Position numbers and translations under genes: made by a program | The notes under the pieces: model-generated | What the model was told of the DNA's origin: nothing | The model's database searches: none | What the model saw: only the letters and a program-made list of their open reading frames with translations | Shown: one piece after another, positions 14,378 to 27,461 of the stretch | Layout of the letters: each line of letters opens with the position of its first letter | How positions within the stretch are numbered: the first letter of the stretch is position 1 | Assembly (NCBI RefSeq): GCF_009914755.1 | Contig: NC_060935.1 | Source of the DNA: the human T2T-CHM13v2.0 reference genome, Homo sapiens | Length of the DNA stretch: 64,000 bases | Direction: 5' to 3' (one strand)

Positions 14378-14499
14378 CTTTTAATGCAACAGGGTCTCGC
14401 TGTGTTGCCAAGGCTGGTCTTGAACTCTTGGCCCCAAGCAATCCTCTTGCCTCAGCCTCCCAAAGTGCTATGATTACAGGTGAGCCAGCATGCCCTGCC
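14378..14499 (-). mobile_element. FLAM / Alu left monomer
   Basis: agggtctcgctgtgttgccaaggctggtcttgaactc...caaagtgctatgattacagg. Confidence 0.85.
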
Positions 14500-14622
14500 C
14501 AATTTTTAATTTTGTTTATTTTTATATTGCTCTGTCATGGAAATTGAGACTAGCTGGTTTTAATTCCTTTTATATTCTATAAACTCATTCGAGGCTTTTG
14601 CATGTTGAGTAGCTGAAATTTC

Positions 14623-16411
14623 TTTTTTTTATTTCAGTATAATACTGTATTTTCCAATGTATTAAATGAAAGCCAAGAAAATATCAAATTAACTTTAAAA
14701 GCAAATCTTTACTCTTTAAAGAAAAAATACAAACTGTGGTATTTTTATAATAGATTATATTTTACATAATATAAATAAAATCACTAATGCATCTATATGC
14801 TTGGTTTCCTTAAACTACAATGAACCATAGAATGTGTGGAAAATGGGTTTAGTTTTTGGTGAAAAACAAACATCTTGGGAAAAACAGGTAGTTGTTTTTT
14901 TTTTTAACTGTCTATGCACAGGCACTGACATAACCAAGCCTTAATGGCCACCACTTCCTTTTCCTTGTCCAAAGCAGCCATTTCCATAGCTCTCCCTTCC
15001 ATATCCTCACTGGCATCTCCCAGATCCTCTGAAACCTCCACTAGACCTTCTGTAGTCTCCACCAGAGCTACCACTATAGCCACCTCAGTTATGTCCTCTA
15101 TAGTCTCCACCACCATCTCCACCATATCCTTCCTGACAGGGTGGAGTAGTGCCACCATAGCCTCCACTACTATAGCCTCCATCACTGTAGCCACTGCCAT
15201 AGCCTCCAACACCATAACTAGAATGTACCCTCCTATATCTACTTCCATTGTCATATCAGGCCATCTTGGGAGGATGTGGACCATCTCCATACTGTGTATT
15301 GCCAACCACAAGATTGATAACAGGAGCTAAGGGCCTAGAGATTTGGTGGATAATGTTCAGCATATATTAATTAAAAGGGTCCAACTGGCTGAAGATATCA
15401 GGTTGTTTGTTACTTCAACAACCAGAGGTTGTTGAATCTTCAACTCCAAGATTTCCTGGAAAGCAGTAATGCAGGCAGCAGCTTCATGGGATATTTGCAG
15501 TTTAATTCAGTCATCTACAAGAACAATCTGCCTATCACATTATACTTTCTTGAAGGCAAAGAGAAGCAACTTCAGGGAGGTGACTAAGGTCATGCCTTTA
15601 GCAGAGATGGCTCAGATTCAAGTACACCTGATCAAAGACAGTATTTGAACCCGAGCCATCTCTGCTAAAGGCACGGCCTTAGTCACCCCCGGCTTTTCAC
15701 CAAACACAAAGAAAAGAGAGGAGCACTTTTTGTCTTGCTACTAAAAAAACAATTAACAGACAATTTGTGGATAAGTGCATTATGCCCTTCATGGTGAGAA
15801 TATTTCTCTTTTCCTTCTGATAGCATCATTTGGGTACACACCAAAGGCCAAGAGGGAGATAACAGCATCCAAATTATTATCTGGTCCAGTGTTAGTAAAC
15901 ACTTGTGTCAATAATCTTCTGGAAATCCAGAATTAATATGAATCTCTTTGAGCTAAACTTTGGCTTCATAAGTCATTCTTAGTGTAGCCCTATTGAGTCT
16001 TTTGTGCTCACAAAATTGAATCTGAGTTTCTTCTCTACCCGTTCTAGAATCATTCCAGGATTGGAATACTGATAAAAGGGACACATAATCAGAAAATGGG
16101 TTTCCAGCAAAATTTCGGTGGATATATCCCACTTTCCTTCATCAATGAAAACAGGTAGCAGCAGAGATGGTATAGACAGGATCTCTCTCATAGAAAATAC
16201 ACCCCATTATCATCGTTTTGCCAAGATGAGGCTCAATGGAGAGTTTAGTCAGGACCCATCCTAGAGAATTAAACTTATCATTGCCATATAATGCATCAAG
16301 CTCTCCAAGAGTGTGCTCTGCCTAAATCACAGGATCCAAAGGTGGAGGTCCTTGGATTTCCTTGGCCAGAAATTAGCCAATTTCTCCCAGACACAGGAGT
16401 TTCATACTCAA
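14623..16411 (-). pseudogene. DHX9: Old, 5'-truncated processed pseudogene of DHX9 (RNA helicase A): C-terminal HA2/OB/RGG region, 3'UTR and poly-A
   Basis: Minus-strand translation gives LSMKLLCLGEIG*FLAKEIQGPPPLDPVI*AEHTLGELDAL, EGHNALIHKLSVNC, AISAKGMTLVT, SQLDPFN*YMLNIIHQISRP, YGDGPHPPKMA*YDNGS and an RGG tail ending GQGKGSGGH* (stop at 14941-14943). These are colinear with the DHX9 C-terminus, without introns. The 3'UTR matches DHX9 as recalled (gttcattgtagtttaaggaaaccaagcatatagatgcattagtg), with poly-T at 14623-14630. Many stops and frameshifts. Confidence 0.93.
15576..15690. repeat. 50-bp inverted repeat with 15-nt spacer inside the DHX9 pseudogene
   Basis: Arms 15576-15625 and 15641-15690 are 44/50 complementary, all differences are transitions, and the central 21 bp are perfect. 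Confidence 0.93.
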
Positions 16412-16431
16412 CATAATCACCCCTCACTTTT

Positions 16432-19400
16432 GTCTTTTTTTAAATTTTATTTGGGTTTAGGGGTACATGCACAGAATTGTTGTATAGGTAAACTGTGTCA
16501 CAGGGGTTTGGTGTCCAGATTATTTGGTCACCCAAGTAAGCATAGTACCCAATAGGTATTTTTTTATGCTCTCCTTCCTCCCACCCTCCACCCTTAAGCA
16601 GGCCCTGGTGTCTGTTGTTCCCCTTTGTGTCCATGTGTTTTCATTGCTTAGCTCTGACTTGTAAGTAAGAACATGTGGTATTTGGTTTTCTGTTCCCAGG
16701 ATAATGGTCTCTAGCTCCAACCATGTTGCTGCAAAGGGAATGATCTCATTCTTTTTTATGGTTGCATAGTAATCCATGGCATATATGTACCACATTTTCT
16801 TTATCTAGTATACCACGTGTATAAGCATTCCCCTTTCTCCTCAACCTCACCATCATCTGTTACTTTTTGAGTTTTAATAATGGCCAGTCTGACTGGTATG
16901 AGATGGTATCTCATTGTGGTTTTGATTTGCATTTCCCTAAAAATTACTGATGTTGAGCATTTCTTATTCTTGTTGACCACATGTATGTCTTTTGACATGT
17001 ATGTCCTTTGCCCACTTTTTAATAGTATTGTTTGGTTTTTGCTTGTAAATTTGATCATGTTCTGTATCGATTTTGCATATTGCACCTTTGTCAGATACAT
17101 AGTTTGCAAATATTTTCTCCCATTCTTTAGGTTGTATCTTTATTGATATTATAGTTTCTCGTGCTGTGCAAAAGCTGTTTAGTTTAATTAGATCCAATTT
17201 ATCAATTATTATTTTTGTTGCAATTGCTTTTGGCATCATTGTCATGAAATCTTTGCCAGGTCCTATGTCCAGAATGGTATTTCCTAGGTTTTCTTCTAGA
17301 GTTTTTATAGTTTTAGGTTTTACGTTTAAGTCTTTAATCCATCTTCAGTTGATTTTATATACGGTGTAAGAAAGGGGTCCAGTTTCAATCTTCTGAATAT
17401 TGCTAGCCAGTTATCCCACCACTATTTATTGAATAGCAAGTCCTTTCCCCATTGTTTGTTTTTGTTAGTTTTGTGGAAGATCAGATAGTTTTAGGTGTGC
17501 AGTTTTACTTCTGGGCCTCGATTCCGTTTCATTGGTCTATGTGTCTGTTTTCGTATCAGTGTTTTCATTACTACAGCCTTGTAGTATACTTTGAAGTCAG
17601 GTAACATGATACCTCCAGCTTTGTTCTTTTTGCTTATAATTGTTTGGGGTATTTGGATTCTTTTTTGGCTCTACATAAATTTTAGAATAGTTTCTTTCTA
17701 ATTCTGTGAAGAATGTCATTGATAGTTTGATAGGAATAGCATTGAATCTGTAAATTACTTTGGGCAATATGGTCATTTTTATAATATTGATTCTCCCTAT
17801 CCATGAGCATGGAATGTTTTTCCATTTGTGTATGTCATCTCTGATTTCTTGGAGTAGCGTTTTGTAATTGTCCTTGCAGAGATTTTACACCTCCCTAGTT
17901 AGCTACATTCCTAGGTATTTTATTCTTTTTCTGGCAATTGTAAACGGGATTGTGTTCCTGATTTGGCTCTCCACTTAGATGTTGTTTGTATATAGGAATG
18001 CTACAAATTTCTGTACATTGATTTTGTATCCCAAAACTTTGCTGAAGTTGTTTATCAGATCAAGAAGCTTTTAGGCAGAGACTATAGAGTTTGCTAGATA
18101 TTGAATCATGTCATCTGCAAGCAGGGATAGTTTGACTTCCTCTTCTCCTATTTGGATGCCTTTTATTTCTTTCTCTTGCCTGACTCCTTGGGCCAGGACT
18201 ACCAGTACTATGCTGAATAAGAGTGGTGAGAGAGGGTGTACTGGTCTCATTCTGGTTATCAAGGGGACCACTTCCAGCTTTTGCCTATTCAGTATGATGT
18301 AGGCTGTGGGTTTGTCACAGATGGCTCTTATTATTTTGAAGTATGCTCCTTCAGTGCCTAGTTTCTTGAGGGTTTTTACATAAAGGGATGTTAAATTTTA
18401 TTGAAAGCTTTTTTGCATCTATTGAGATAATCATGTGGTTTTTGTTTTTAAGTTCTGTTTATGTGTTGAGTCTTATTGATTTGCATATGTTGAGCCAAGC
18501 TTGCATCCCAGGGATGAAGCCTACTTGGTTATGGTGGATTAGATTTTTGATGTGCTGCTGAGTTCAGTTTGCTACTATTTTGTTGAGGATTTTTGCATCT
18601 ATTTTCATCAAGATGTTCAGCTTTTTATTGTGTCTCTGCCAGGTTTTGGTATCAGGATGATACCTGCTCCTCAACTTTTAGAATTAGTTTCACTAGGAGT
18701 GGTACTAGCTCTTCTTTATACAACTAGTTGAATTCAACTGTGAATCTGTCTGGTCCTGGGCTTTTTTTGGTAGGTAGGCTTTTTATTACTGATTCAATTT
18801 TGGAATTCACTATTAGTCTGTTCAGGGATTCCTGGTTCACTCTTGGGAGGTTGTATGTGTCCAGGAATTTATCCATTTCTTTTAGGTTTTCTGGTTTGTG
18901 TGCATAGAGGTGCTCATAGTAGTTCTGATGGTTATTTGTATTTCTGTGGGGTTGGTGGTAATGTCCCCTTTGTCATTTCTGATTGTGTTTATTTGGATTT
19001 TCTATATTTTCTTCTTTATTAGTCTACATAGCAGTCTATCTATCTTACTTATTCTTTCAAAAAACAAACTCCTGGATTTATTGATCTTTTGTATGGTGTT
19101 TTCACATCTCAAATTCCTTCAGTTCAGCTCTAATTTTGGTTATTTCTTGTCTTCTGCTAGCTTTGAGATTGGTTTGCTCTTGTGTCTCTAGTTTCTCAAG
19201 GTGTGATGTTAGGTTGTTAATTTTAGATCTTTCAAGCCTTTCGACGTGGGCATTTAGTGCTATAAACTTCCCTCTTAACACTGCCTTAGCTGTGTCCCAG
19301 AGATTCTTGTATGTTCTGTCTTTGTTTTCATTTGGTCAAAGAATTTCTTGATTTCTGCCATAGTTTCCCTATTTATCCAAAAATCATTCAAGAGTAGGTT

Positions 19401-22400
19401 GTTTCATTTCCATGTAATTTTACGGTTTTGAGCAATTTTCTTGGTATTGGTTTCTATTTTATTGTACTGTGATCTGAAAGTGTGGTTGGTATGATATCAA
19501 TTGTTTTGAATTTGCCAAGGATTACAACTTTAGAGTTGTGCCATGTGGTGATGAGAAGAATGTTTTTGAACAGAGAGTACTGCAGGGTTTTATTAGGCCC
19601 ATTTGGTTAAGTGTTGAGTTCAGGTCCTGAATATCTGTTAATTGTTTGCCTCAATGATCTGTCTAATACTGTCAGTGGGGTGTTGAAGTCCTGTACTCTA
19701 ATTGTGTGGGAATCTAGGTCTCTGAGAAATTGCTTTATGAATCCAGGCACTCCTGTGTTAGGTGCATATATATTTAGGAAACTTAAGTCTTCCAGTTGAA
19801 TTAAAACTTTTGCATTATGTAATGCCCTTCTTTGTCTTTTTTTTTTTTTTTATCTTTGTTGGGCTTAAAGTCTCTTTTGTCTGAAATTAGGACGTCAACC
19901 CCTGCTTTTCCATTTGCTTGGTAGTTTTCCATTTGCTTGGTAGGTTTTTCTCCATCCCTTTGTTTTGGGCCTATGAATGTTGCTGCATGTGAGATGGGTC
20001 TCCTGAAGACAGCATACCATTAGGTCTTGCTTCTTTATCCAGCTTGCCACTCTGTGCCTTTTAACTGGGGGAATTTAGCCCATTCATATTCAAGGCTAAT
20101 ATTGATATATGCCAATTTGATCCTGTCATCATATCGTTAGCTGGTTATTATGCAGACTTGCTTGTGTTGTTGCTTTCTAGTGTCACTTGTCTATATGCTT
20201 AAGCATGTTTTTGTAGTGGCTGGTAATGGTCTTTCTTTTCCATATTTAGCACTCCTTTCAGGACCTATTGTAAAGCAGCAAGTCTGGTGGTAATGAATTC
20301 CCTCATTTGCTTGTCTGAAAGGGATTTTATTTCTCATTTATGAAGTTTAGTTTGTCTGGATATAAAATTCTGAGTTGAAAATTATTTTCCTTAAGAATGC
20401 TTAATATAGGCCCTTATTCTCCTCTGGCTTGTAGGGTTTCTGCTGAAAGGTCCACTGTTGACCTGATGGGATTTCCTTTCTAGATGAACGTCCCTTCTCT
20501 CTAGCTGCCTTTAACATTTTTTCTTTCATTTCAATGTTGAAGAATCTGATGATTATGTGTCTCGGGGATGGTCCCCTTATTTAGTATCTTGCTGAAGTTC
20601 TCTGCATTTCCTGAATTTGAATGTTGACATCTTTAGTGAGGTTGGGGAAGCTTTCACAGGTGATATTCTAAAATATGTTTTCCAAGTTGCTTGCTTTCTC
20701 TCCATCTCTTTCAGGGACAACAGTGAGTCATAGATTTGGTTTCTTTACATAATCCCATATTTCTTGGAGGTTTTGTTCATTCTTTTATATTCTTTCTTCT
20801 TCATTTTTGTCTGACAATTATTTCAACAAGACAGTCTCTAAGCTTTGACATTTTTTCCTCAGATTGGCCTATTCTCCTGTTAACACTTGTGATTGCATTA
20901 TAAAATTCTTGCAGTATGTTTTTCAGCTCTATCAAATCTGTTTGGTTATTCCTTATAATGGCCATTTTTATCTATCAGCCTCTGTATTTTTTTAATGATC
21001 CTTAGCTTTCTTGCACTGGACTTTGACATTGTTTTCAACCTCAATGATCTTCATTCCTATCCATATTCTGAATTCTATTTCTGTCATTTCAGCCATTTCA
21101 GTCTGGTTAAGAATACCTGCTGGGGAACTAGTGAGGTCATTTGGAGACACTGGCTTTTTGAGTTGCCAGAGTTCTCGCACTGGTTCTTTTTCATCTGTGT
21201 TGGCTTGTGTTCTGATAACTGACGTGTAGTTTCAGTACAGTTAGTACACTTCTTTTCTGGGTGTTTTCAGAGGGCTGAGGCTTTGTGCAAGGTCTTATTT
21301 GTAGTTGAATTCTTTTTCTTGGTTTCAAATATTAGTAAAGTATTTTTGGTATTGAATTTTGGGCTGTGATCCAGTAGGTGGCACTTACACATAGTGGCCT
21401 GTAGGCAGGCACTTAATCAACAGTGTGGCTCCTCTTTATTTCCTCATGATTGCAGCCATGCTTCTTCTCAGTGCTTTGAAAGTATGGGTTCCTCTCCCAC
21501 TTGAGTGCTGACTGCAAATCTTGGCTTGGGACTCTTGGGCAGAAGGGGAAGGGATCTTAGCAGTGGTTATGGCAGAGAGCCTTTCACTTGCCTCTTGGGG
21601 TTCCAACCCAGAGAGATGTGGACCCATTATTAATCAGTGCAATTGGCCCTGGATGGGGCACCTGTGCTTTGGGCTCAAGCTAGGAAGGCCCGCCTGGTGA
21701 TGAGAGGGTGTCAGGGACAGGTAACAGGGAGACAGACTGGCCTCTTCTCCCTAGTGCAAGAGCAGCTTGCTGGAGGTGTGGTTAAAGCACTCAGGGTCTT
21801 CGCTGCTTCTCCAATTCAAGGACAGCAAGGTCACTACCACTGCAGTGGCAGTAGCAGAGGGCCTTTTGGTTGACTTCAGGAGCTCTACCTCAGAAAAATG
21901 TAGAGCCACTGCTACTGGGAAAATTCAGCCAGGAGGTGAGACAGTTGTTCTACTGGCTCTGCTTGTTGAGGAGTGGGGGTTCGAGTGCTCACAGGGATGA
22001 GCGACCAGGCTTCTCTCCATATGGTGACTGTGGTGTATTGGAAGCTCAGGTGAAGCCCTCAGGCTCTTGGTTTCTTCCCCAGACCAAGGGTAGCAGGGGC
22101 AGAACCATTGCTGTGGCAGTGGCAGAGGGTCTGCCAGTTGTCTCAGGGAGCCCCACCCCAGGGAAACTCAGAGACATTCCGTGGGTATGCTTAGCTGTGG
22201 ATGGGTGGCTATTATGTGGTGCAAAGCCGGGGCCCTGCCTGGTAAAGAGTAAGGGGTGGGAGCTCCCAGGGAAGACAGATCACTCCTTTCCATATAGTGG
22301 CTGTAGTGTGCTGGAGATGCCCATGTAGTGACTGGCCCTTTGTTGCTTTCACACCAAGAGTGGTTAGGGTGATACCACTGCAGCTGCAATTCCAGAGGGG

Positions 22401-23322
22401 TTGTGGGCTGTCTCTGGGATTTCCTCCTCAGAGTAATGCTGAACCACCTGCAACTGAAATGTTCAGGTTGAAGCAAGTTAGCTGTGCTGGAATTCCAGGC
22501 TGAGAGGCCCTGCCTAGTAAGAAACAAGTAAGGTCCAGGACTCATGTGTAGAACACTCTGGCCACTTTTCCATGGGATGGCTGTGCTGTACAGGAGATCT
22601 GTACCACTCCCTAAACATTAAGTACTCTGCAGAGCCTGAAGGCTATATTGGCAGGGGCTGACAGACGACAAAGGTAACCAGCCTCTCTTTCTGGGAGCTC
22701 CATCCCAGGGAAGTGCAGAGCTGCTACCAGCCCAAGAGCCCAGACAGGGGGTGGCTGGAGACCCAGACCAGTGGGCCTCATCCTGTGAAATGCAGTGGAG
22801 GTGAAGCCTGGAGTCCACTGCTGCTCAGCCCTCTGGATTCAGCCACTTTCCTGGGGGAATGAAGGGAGCCCGACCTCTCCTACTGCTGGAGCTCCAGTCA
22901 CTAATGCTGGGATACCTAGGAATTCATGGCTCCCAGGATTCCATGTGTGCCTGGGCAGCAGCTCTGCCCAGACTCCACACAGCTCTCATTGTCAGTCTGG
23001 AAGCTCTGGTGGGGTAGGCTTATGCATGGATCACCTGAGCCCAGGGTTGCAAAGGTCCATGGCAGAACTGTGGGTCCCTGGGGACTCTCACTCACTCACA
23101 ATTTCCTGGCAGTGTGGGAGCCTACTCTGGCTCCATGCCACTCCTGGGTGGGCAGTTGTCCTGTCTCACTTTGCTCCATTCTCCATGGGTCAAGTTGTTT
23201 TCTTGATGAACCCTAATGTTTCCATCTAGATGTTCCAGTTGAAGATACAGTAGTTAATCACCACTTTCTTCTCTCTGTGAGAGAGGTGCACACTAGCTAC
23301 TAATAGCCATCTTGGCCTCTCC
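16432..23322 (-). mobile_element. Near full-length old primate L1 (L1PA13-16/L1PREC2-like), ORFs disrupted
   Basis: 3'UTR and poly-T at 16432, ORF2 and ORF1 fragments in the ORF track, 5' end gagaggccaagatggct at 23322. 20-bp TSD cat(a/g)atcacccctcactttt at 16412-16431 and 23323-23342. Confidence 0.93.
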
Positions 23323-23338
23323 CATGATCACCCCTCAC

Positions 23339-24201
23339 TTTTCAATATTTTAATCAATTTGCCTTGTCTTTAGTCCAATTTCTTCACAGTTGTTCTCCAT
23401 TGAAGGATCCTGAAGAGAAGCTCTAGTTTCTTGATCTTTGTAGAGCAAGTTCCTGCTTTGAAAAACTAAGACCAAGGTTAGACATCTTGTAATTTATGTA
23501 TATTTGTGAGGTTTATGTTTGTCGATGATGCTGTTGGTTAGGTTTTATTTGGGATGAGGGTTGAGGTTTTGTATTTTCATTTGTTTTGCCTTTTGGCTTT
23601 TTTGTTGGTTTGATTTGTGGTGGTGCTCATTTATTGGCCTTCATTAGAAAATGAAGAGTAATTTCTCAAAGAACCACTGCAAATATATGTTTTCATTTAA
23701 AAGCTTCTATTCTTAAACTTTACCATTCATACAGAAACAGCAATCATTTTAACTGGACTTGGATTCCTACGGAAGTTATACACACCAGGGAATCCAGCAT
23801 ATCAAGATAAACAGGCTGTAGAGTACATATATATTAACATCATTTCTTCCTACTTATTGTAAAACACTCTTCTCATCACTTTTCCTCTCTTGGTTTCCTT
23901 TTTCAGCCTCAAGTTTATTATATACTCCATTTGAATGTGTCAGGATGCTTGCCAAAGTTAATAGAAGAGAGAAAAGAATACAGTTGAGGGAGAAAATAGA
24001 TATTTCTCTTCTTTCAGGTGTATTGACAATTGTGACAAAACTTATTTTTACAAGGAAAGAGAACACAAGAAAACTGACATTTGGGCAAAAAACAGTTATG
24101 CAGTTTCCTGGCTGATCTCTACCATATTTGAGTCTGACTATGCTGCCATGAGTGGAGTATATACTGTAGCAATACTGAGAGTGAGAGAAGTCCTTGAGTA
24201 C
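23339..24201 (-). other. Cluster of four exon-like segments (possible decayed gene or lncRNA exons)
   Basis: AG/GT-bounded blocks 24201-24123, 23947-23854, 23815-23724 and 23455-23339 in non-repeat DNA, with compatible phases but three in-frame stops and one implausibly short (38-nt) intron. Confidence 0.3.
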
Positions 24202-24403
24202 CTGTGACTGAAGAGGCCAGTGATGGGAAGTACTCATTCATTTTTTTAACAGTTTTAATGTGTTTACTTAGGCATGGGGAATACTCCTTGATCTTTATCT
24301 TTATTATCTCTACTATCTTCACTTCCCCAAGCCACATGCAGCAGCAAAAAAGGAGACGGAAACTGACAAAGGGAGATGTCAATCTAGCATGTAGTGAACT
24401 CCC

Positions 24404-25810
24404 TATTATGGACTGAATAAAGTAATGGCAACAAAAGCCAAATTTGACAAATGGGATCTAATTAAACTAAAGAACTTGTGCACGGCAAAAGAAAATACCA
24501 TCAGAGTGAACAGGCAACCTACAGAATGGGAGAAAAATTTTGCAACCTGCTCATCTGACAAAGGGCTAATATCCAGAATCTACAATGAACTCAAACAAAT
24601 TTACAAGAAAAAAACACAACCCCACCAAAAAGTGGGCAAAGGATATTAACAGATACTTCTCAAAAGAAGACATTTATGCAGTCAAAAGACACATGAAAAC
24701 ATGCTCATCATCACTGGCCATCAGAGAAATGCAAATCAAAACCACAATGAGATATCATCTCACGCCAGTTAGAATGGCAATCATTAAAAAGTCAGGAAAC
24801 AATAGGTGCTGGAGAGGATGTGCAGAAATAGGAACACTTCTACACTGTTGGTGGGACGGTAAACTAGTTCATCCTTTGTGGAAGTCAGTGTGGCGATTCC
24901 TCAGGGATCTAGAACTAGAAATACCATTTGACCCAGCCATCCCATTACTGGGTATATACCCAAAGGATTATAAATCATGCTGCTATGAAGACACATGCAC
25001 ACATATGTTTATTGTGGCACTATTCACAATAGCAAAGACTTGGAACCAACCCATATGTCCGACAATGATAGACTGGATTAAGACAATGTGGCACACATAC
25101 ACCAGGGAATACTATGCAGCCATAAAAAATGATGAGTTCATGTCCTTTCTAGGGACATGGATGGAGCTGGAAACCATCACTCTCAGCAAACTATCACAAG
25201 GACAAAAAACCAAACACCGCATGTTCTCACTCATAGGTGGGAATTGAACAATGAGAACACATGGACACAGGAAGGGGAACATCACACACCGGGGCCTGTT
25301 GTGGGGTGGGGGGAGCGGGGAGGGATAGCATTAGGAGATATACCTAATGTTAAATGACGAGTTGATGGGTGCAGCACACCAACATGCCACATGTATACAT
25401 ATGTAACAAACGTGCACGTTTTGCTCATGTACCCTAAAACTTAAAGTATAATTTAAAAAAAAAAAAGAAAACCTAACTTACACTGTGGCTACATTTGGAG
25501 ATAAAACCTCTAAGGAAGTCATTAAGGTTAAATGAGGTCAGAAAGGTGGGTCATCGATCTGTTAAAATCAATGTCCTTATAAGAAGGTTCACAAGCAAGC
25601 TGTATCTCTCTTCACACATGCATAAAGAAGTCATATGAGTAGACAGCGAGAAGGCAGCCATCTGCCCAAGGGGAGATCCTTCACAAGACACCAACCATAC
25701 CAGAACCTTGATCATGGAATTCCAGTGTCCAGAACTGAGAGAAAATAAACTGTTGTGTAAACTACCCAGTGTATAGTATTTTGTTACGACAGCCCTAACA
25801 GACTAATATA
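24404..25810 (+). mobile_element. MLT1A-like LTR split by an L1
   Basis: Starts tattatggactgaat (24404-24418) and resumes at 25467 (acctaac...tttggagata...cagccctaacagactaatata). TSD ctccc/ttccc. Confidence 0.8.
24419..25466 (+). mobile_element. 5'-truncated L1PA4/5-like 3' end, no TSD
   Basis: ORF2 C-terminal CCHC region (ORF 24585-25247), 3'UTR and poly-A. Confidence 0.93.
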
Positions 25811-26146
25811 TTCCCTAAGATGGGGAATCATTTTATTTTTCATTGTATCCTCAGGAGTATCAAGGTTGGATACATTATCTCTTTTATGGGTCCCATGCTA
25901 AATTAATTACTCAATAATAACTGCAAAGTGGTTAAAAATGAAAGTTCAATCAGAAGAAAACTAGGCAATACTGTATTTTTCTTGAATAATCCTCAGAATT
26001 TTGAAATATCCTTAGCAGAAAATGTCTATGAAAACAGAAAGCATCAAAAGATTCACAATAGGTTAGTACACCACACAAGAAGAAGGAGAGATAAAAGGAA
26101 GATAATAGAAATAAGAAATGTGTAGAATGAATTACCAAAAAAACTT

Positions 26147-26440
<294 letters not shown>

Positions 26441-26634
26441 AAACCTCGTCAGATATTGGTATTGAGTACATGAGAGAGAACTGTGTCAAGGACTGAATGT
26501 GACAAAGGAGAGCATTTAGAATTATATCAATGGCAGACACTACTACCTTTGTAGATAGCTACTACACAGCAAGCACTATACTATGAATTTAATATACTGT
26601 ACTATTTAATATATATTATGCACCATATAGACAT

Positions 26635-26638
26635 ACAT

Positions 26639-26678
<40 letters not shown>

Positions 26679-26711
26679 ACACACACACACACGCCCCCCG
26701 AGAGAGAGAGA
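26635..26711. repeat. (CA)n followed by (GA)n microsatellite
   Basis: acacacac...gccccccgagagagag. Confidence 0.9.
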
Positions 26712-27461
26712 TTGAAAGGGGAGAAGGGTAGGTTGTATCATATACAAGGTGCTATATCATTTGCCAGATATACAGTGATAAAACAATCCCTTTCTATCTG
26801 AAACTTAAGTTTAGTTTCCAACACTACATCATGGTGCAGAATCTTGTACTTATACATGTTCTTCTAAAATATTCTATGCATTTTGTAATCACCAGATGGA
26901 TTCTTCCTGCCTGCTGCACAGACAAAATCAATCCACTGAGACCACAGCATTGCATGAGAGAGAGTTTAACTGCTGTGAGACCAGCCCTCACAGAAGAACT
27001 GGAGTTACCACTCAGATCAGTTTCCCTGAAGGCTTGGAGGTTATGGTTTTTACGGACAACTTGGTGGGCATGGGGCAAGGGAAGGGGTGCTCCTGATTGT
27101 TGGGGATGAAATCATAATGGTATGGAAAATGTTCCCTGTGAGCTTAGTCCACCTCTGGGTGGAGCCACAGGATCAGCTGAGTTACAGGTCACAAGTTCGG
27201 GTGGCATCAGTCTGAAAGATATTTCAAAAAAACAATCTTAGGTACTATAACAGCAAAGTTATCTATAGGAACAATTGGAATAGTCACAAATCTTGTGACC
27301 TCTGGTCACATGACCCCTGGGCAGTAAAGGATTATAGAAACTATTCCCATTTTAGCAGAATTCAGGCCCTTATCATAATCCTAATGTTGTGGCCTTTCAT
27401 TAGATTTTTACAAAGGCAGTTTAGTTTGGGAAGACAGCTTGGGGGTCAGAAGCATGATTGA

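Noticed and set aside
14904-15330. 135-aa and 128-aa ORFs on opposite strands
   Set aside because: Off-frame and antisense readings of the low-complexity DHX9 RGG-tail codons.
23343-24400. Continuation of the DHX9 pseudogene beyond the L1
   Set aside because: No DHX9 motifs in the frames I translated.
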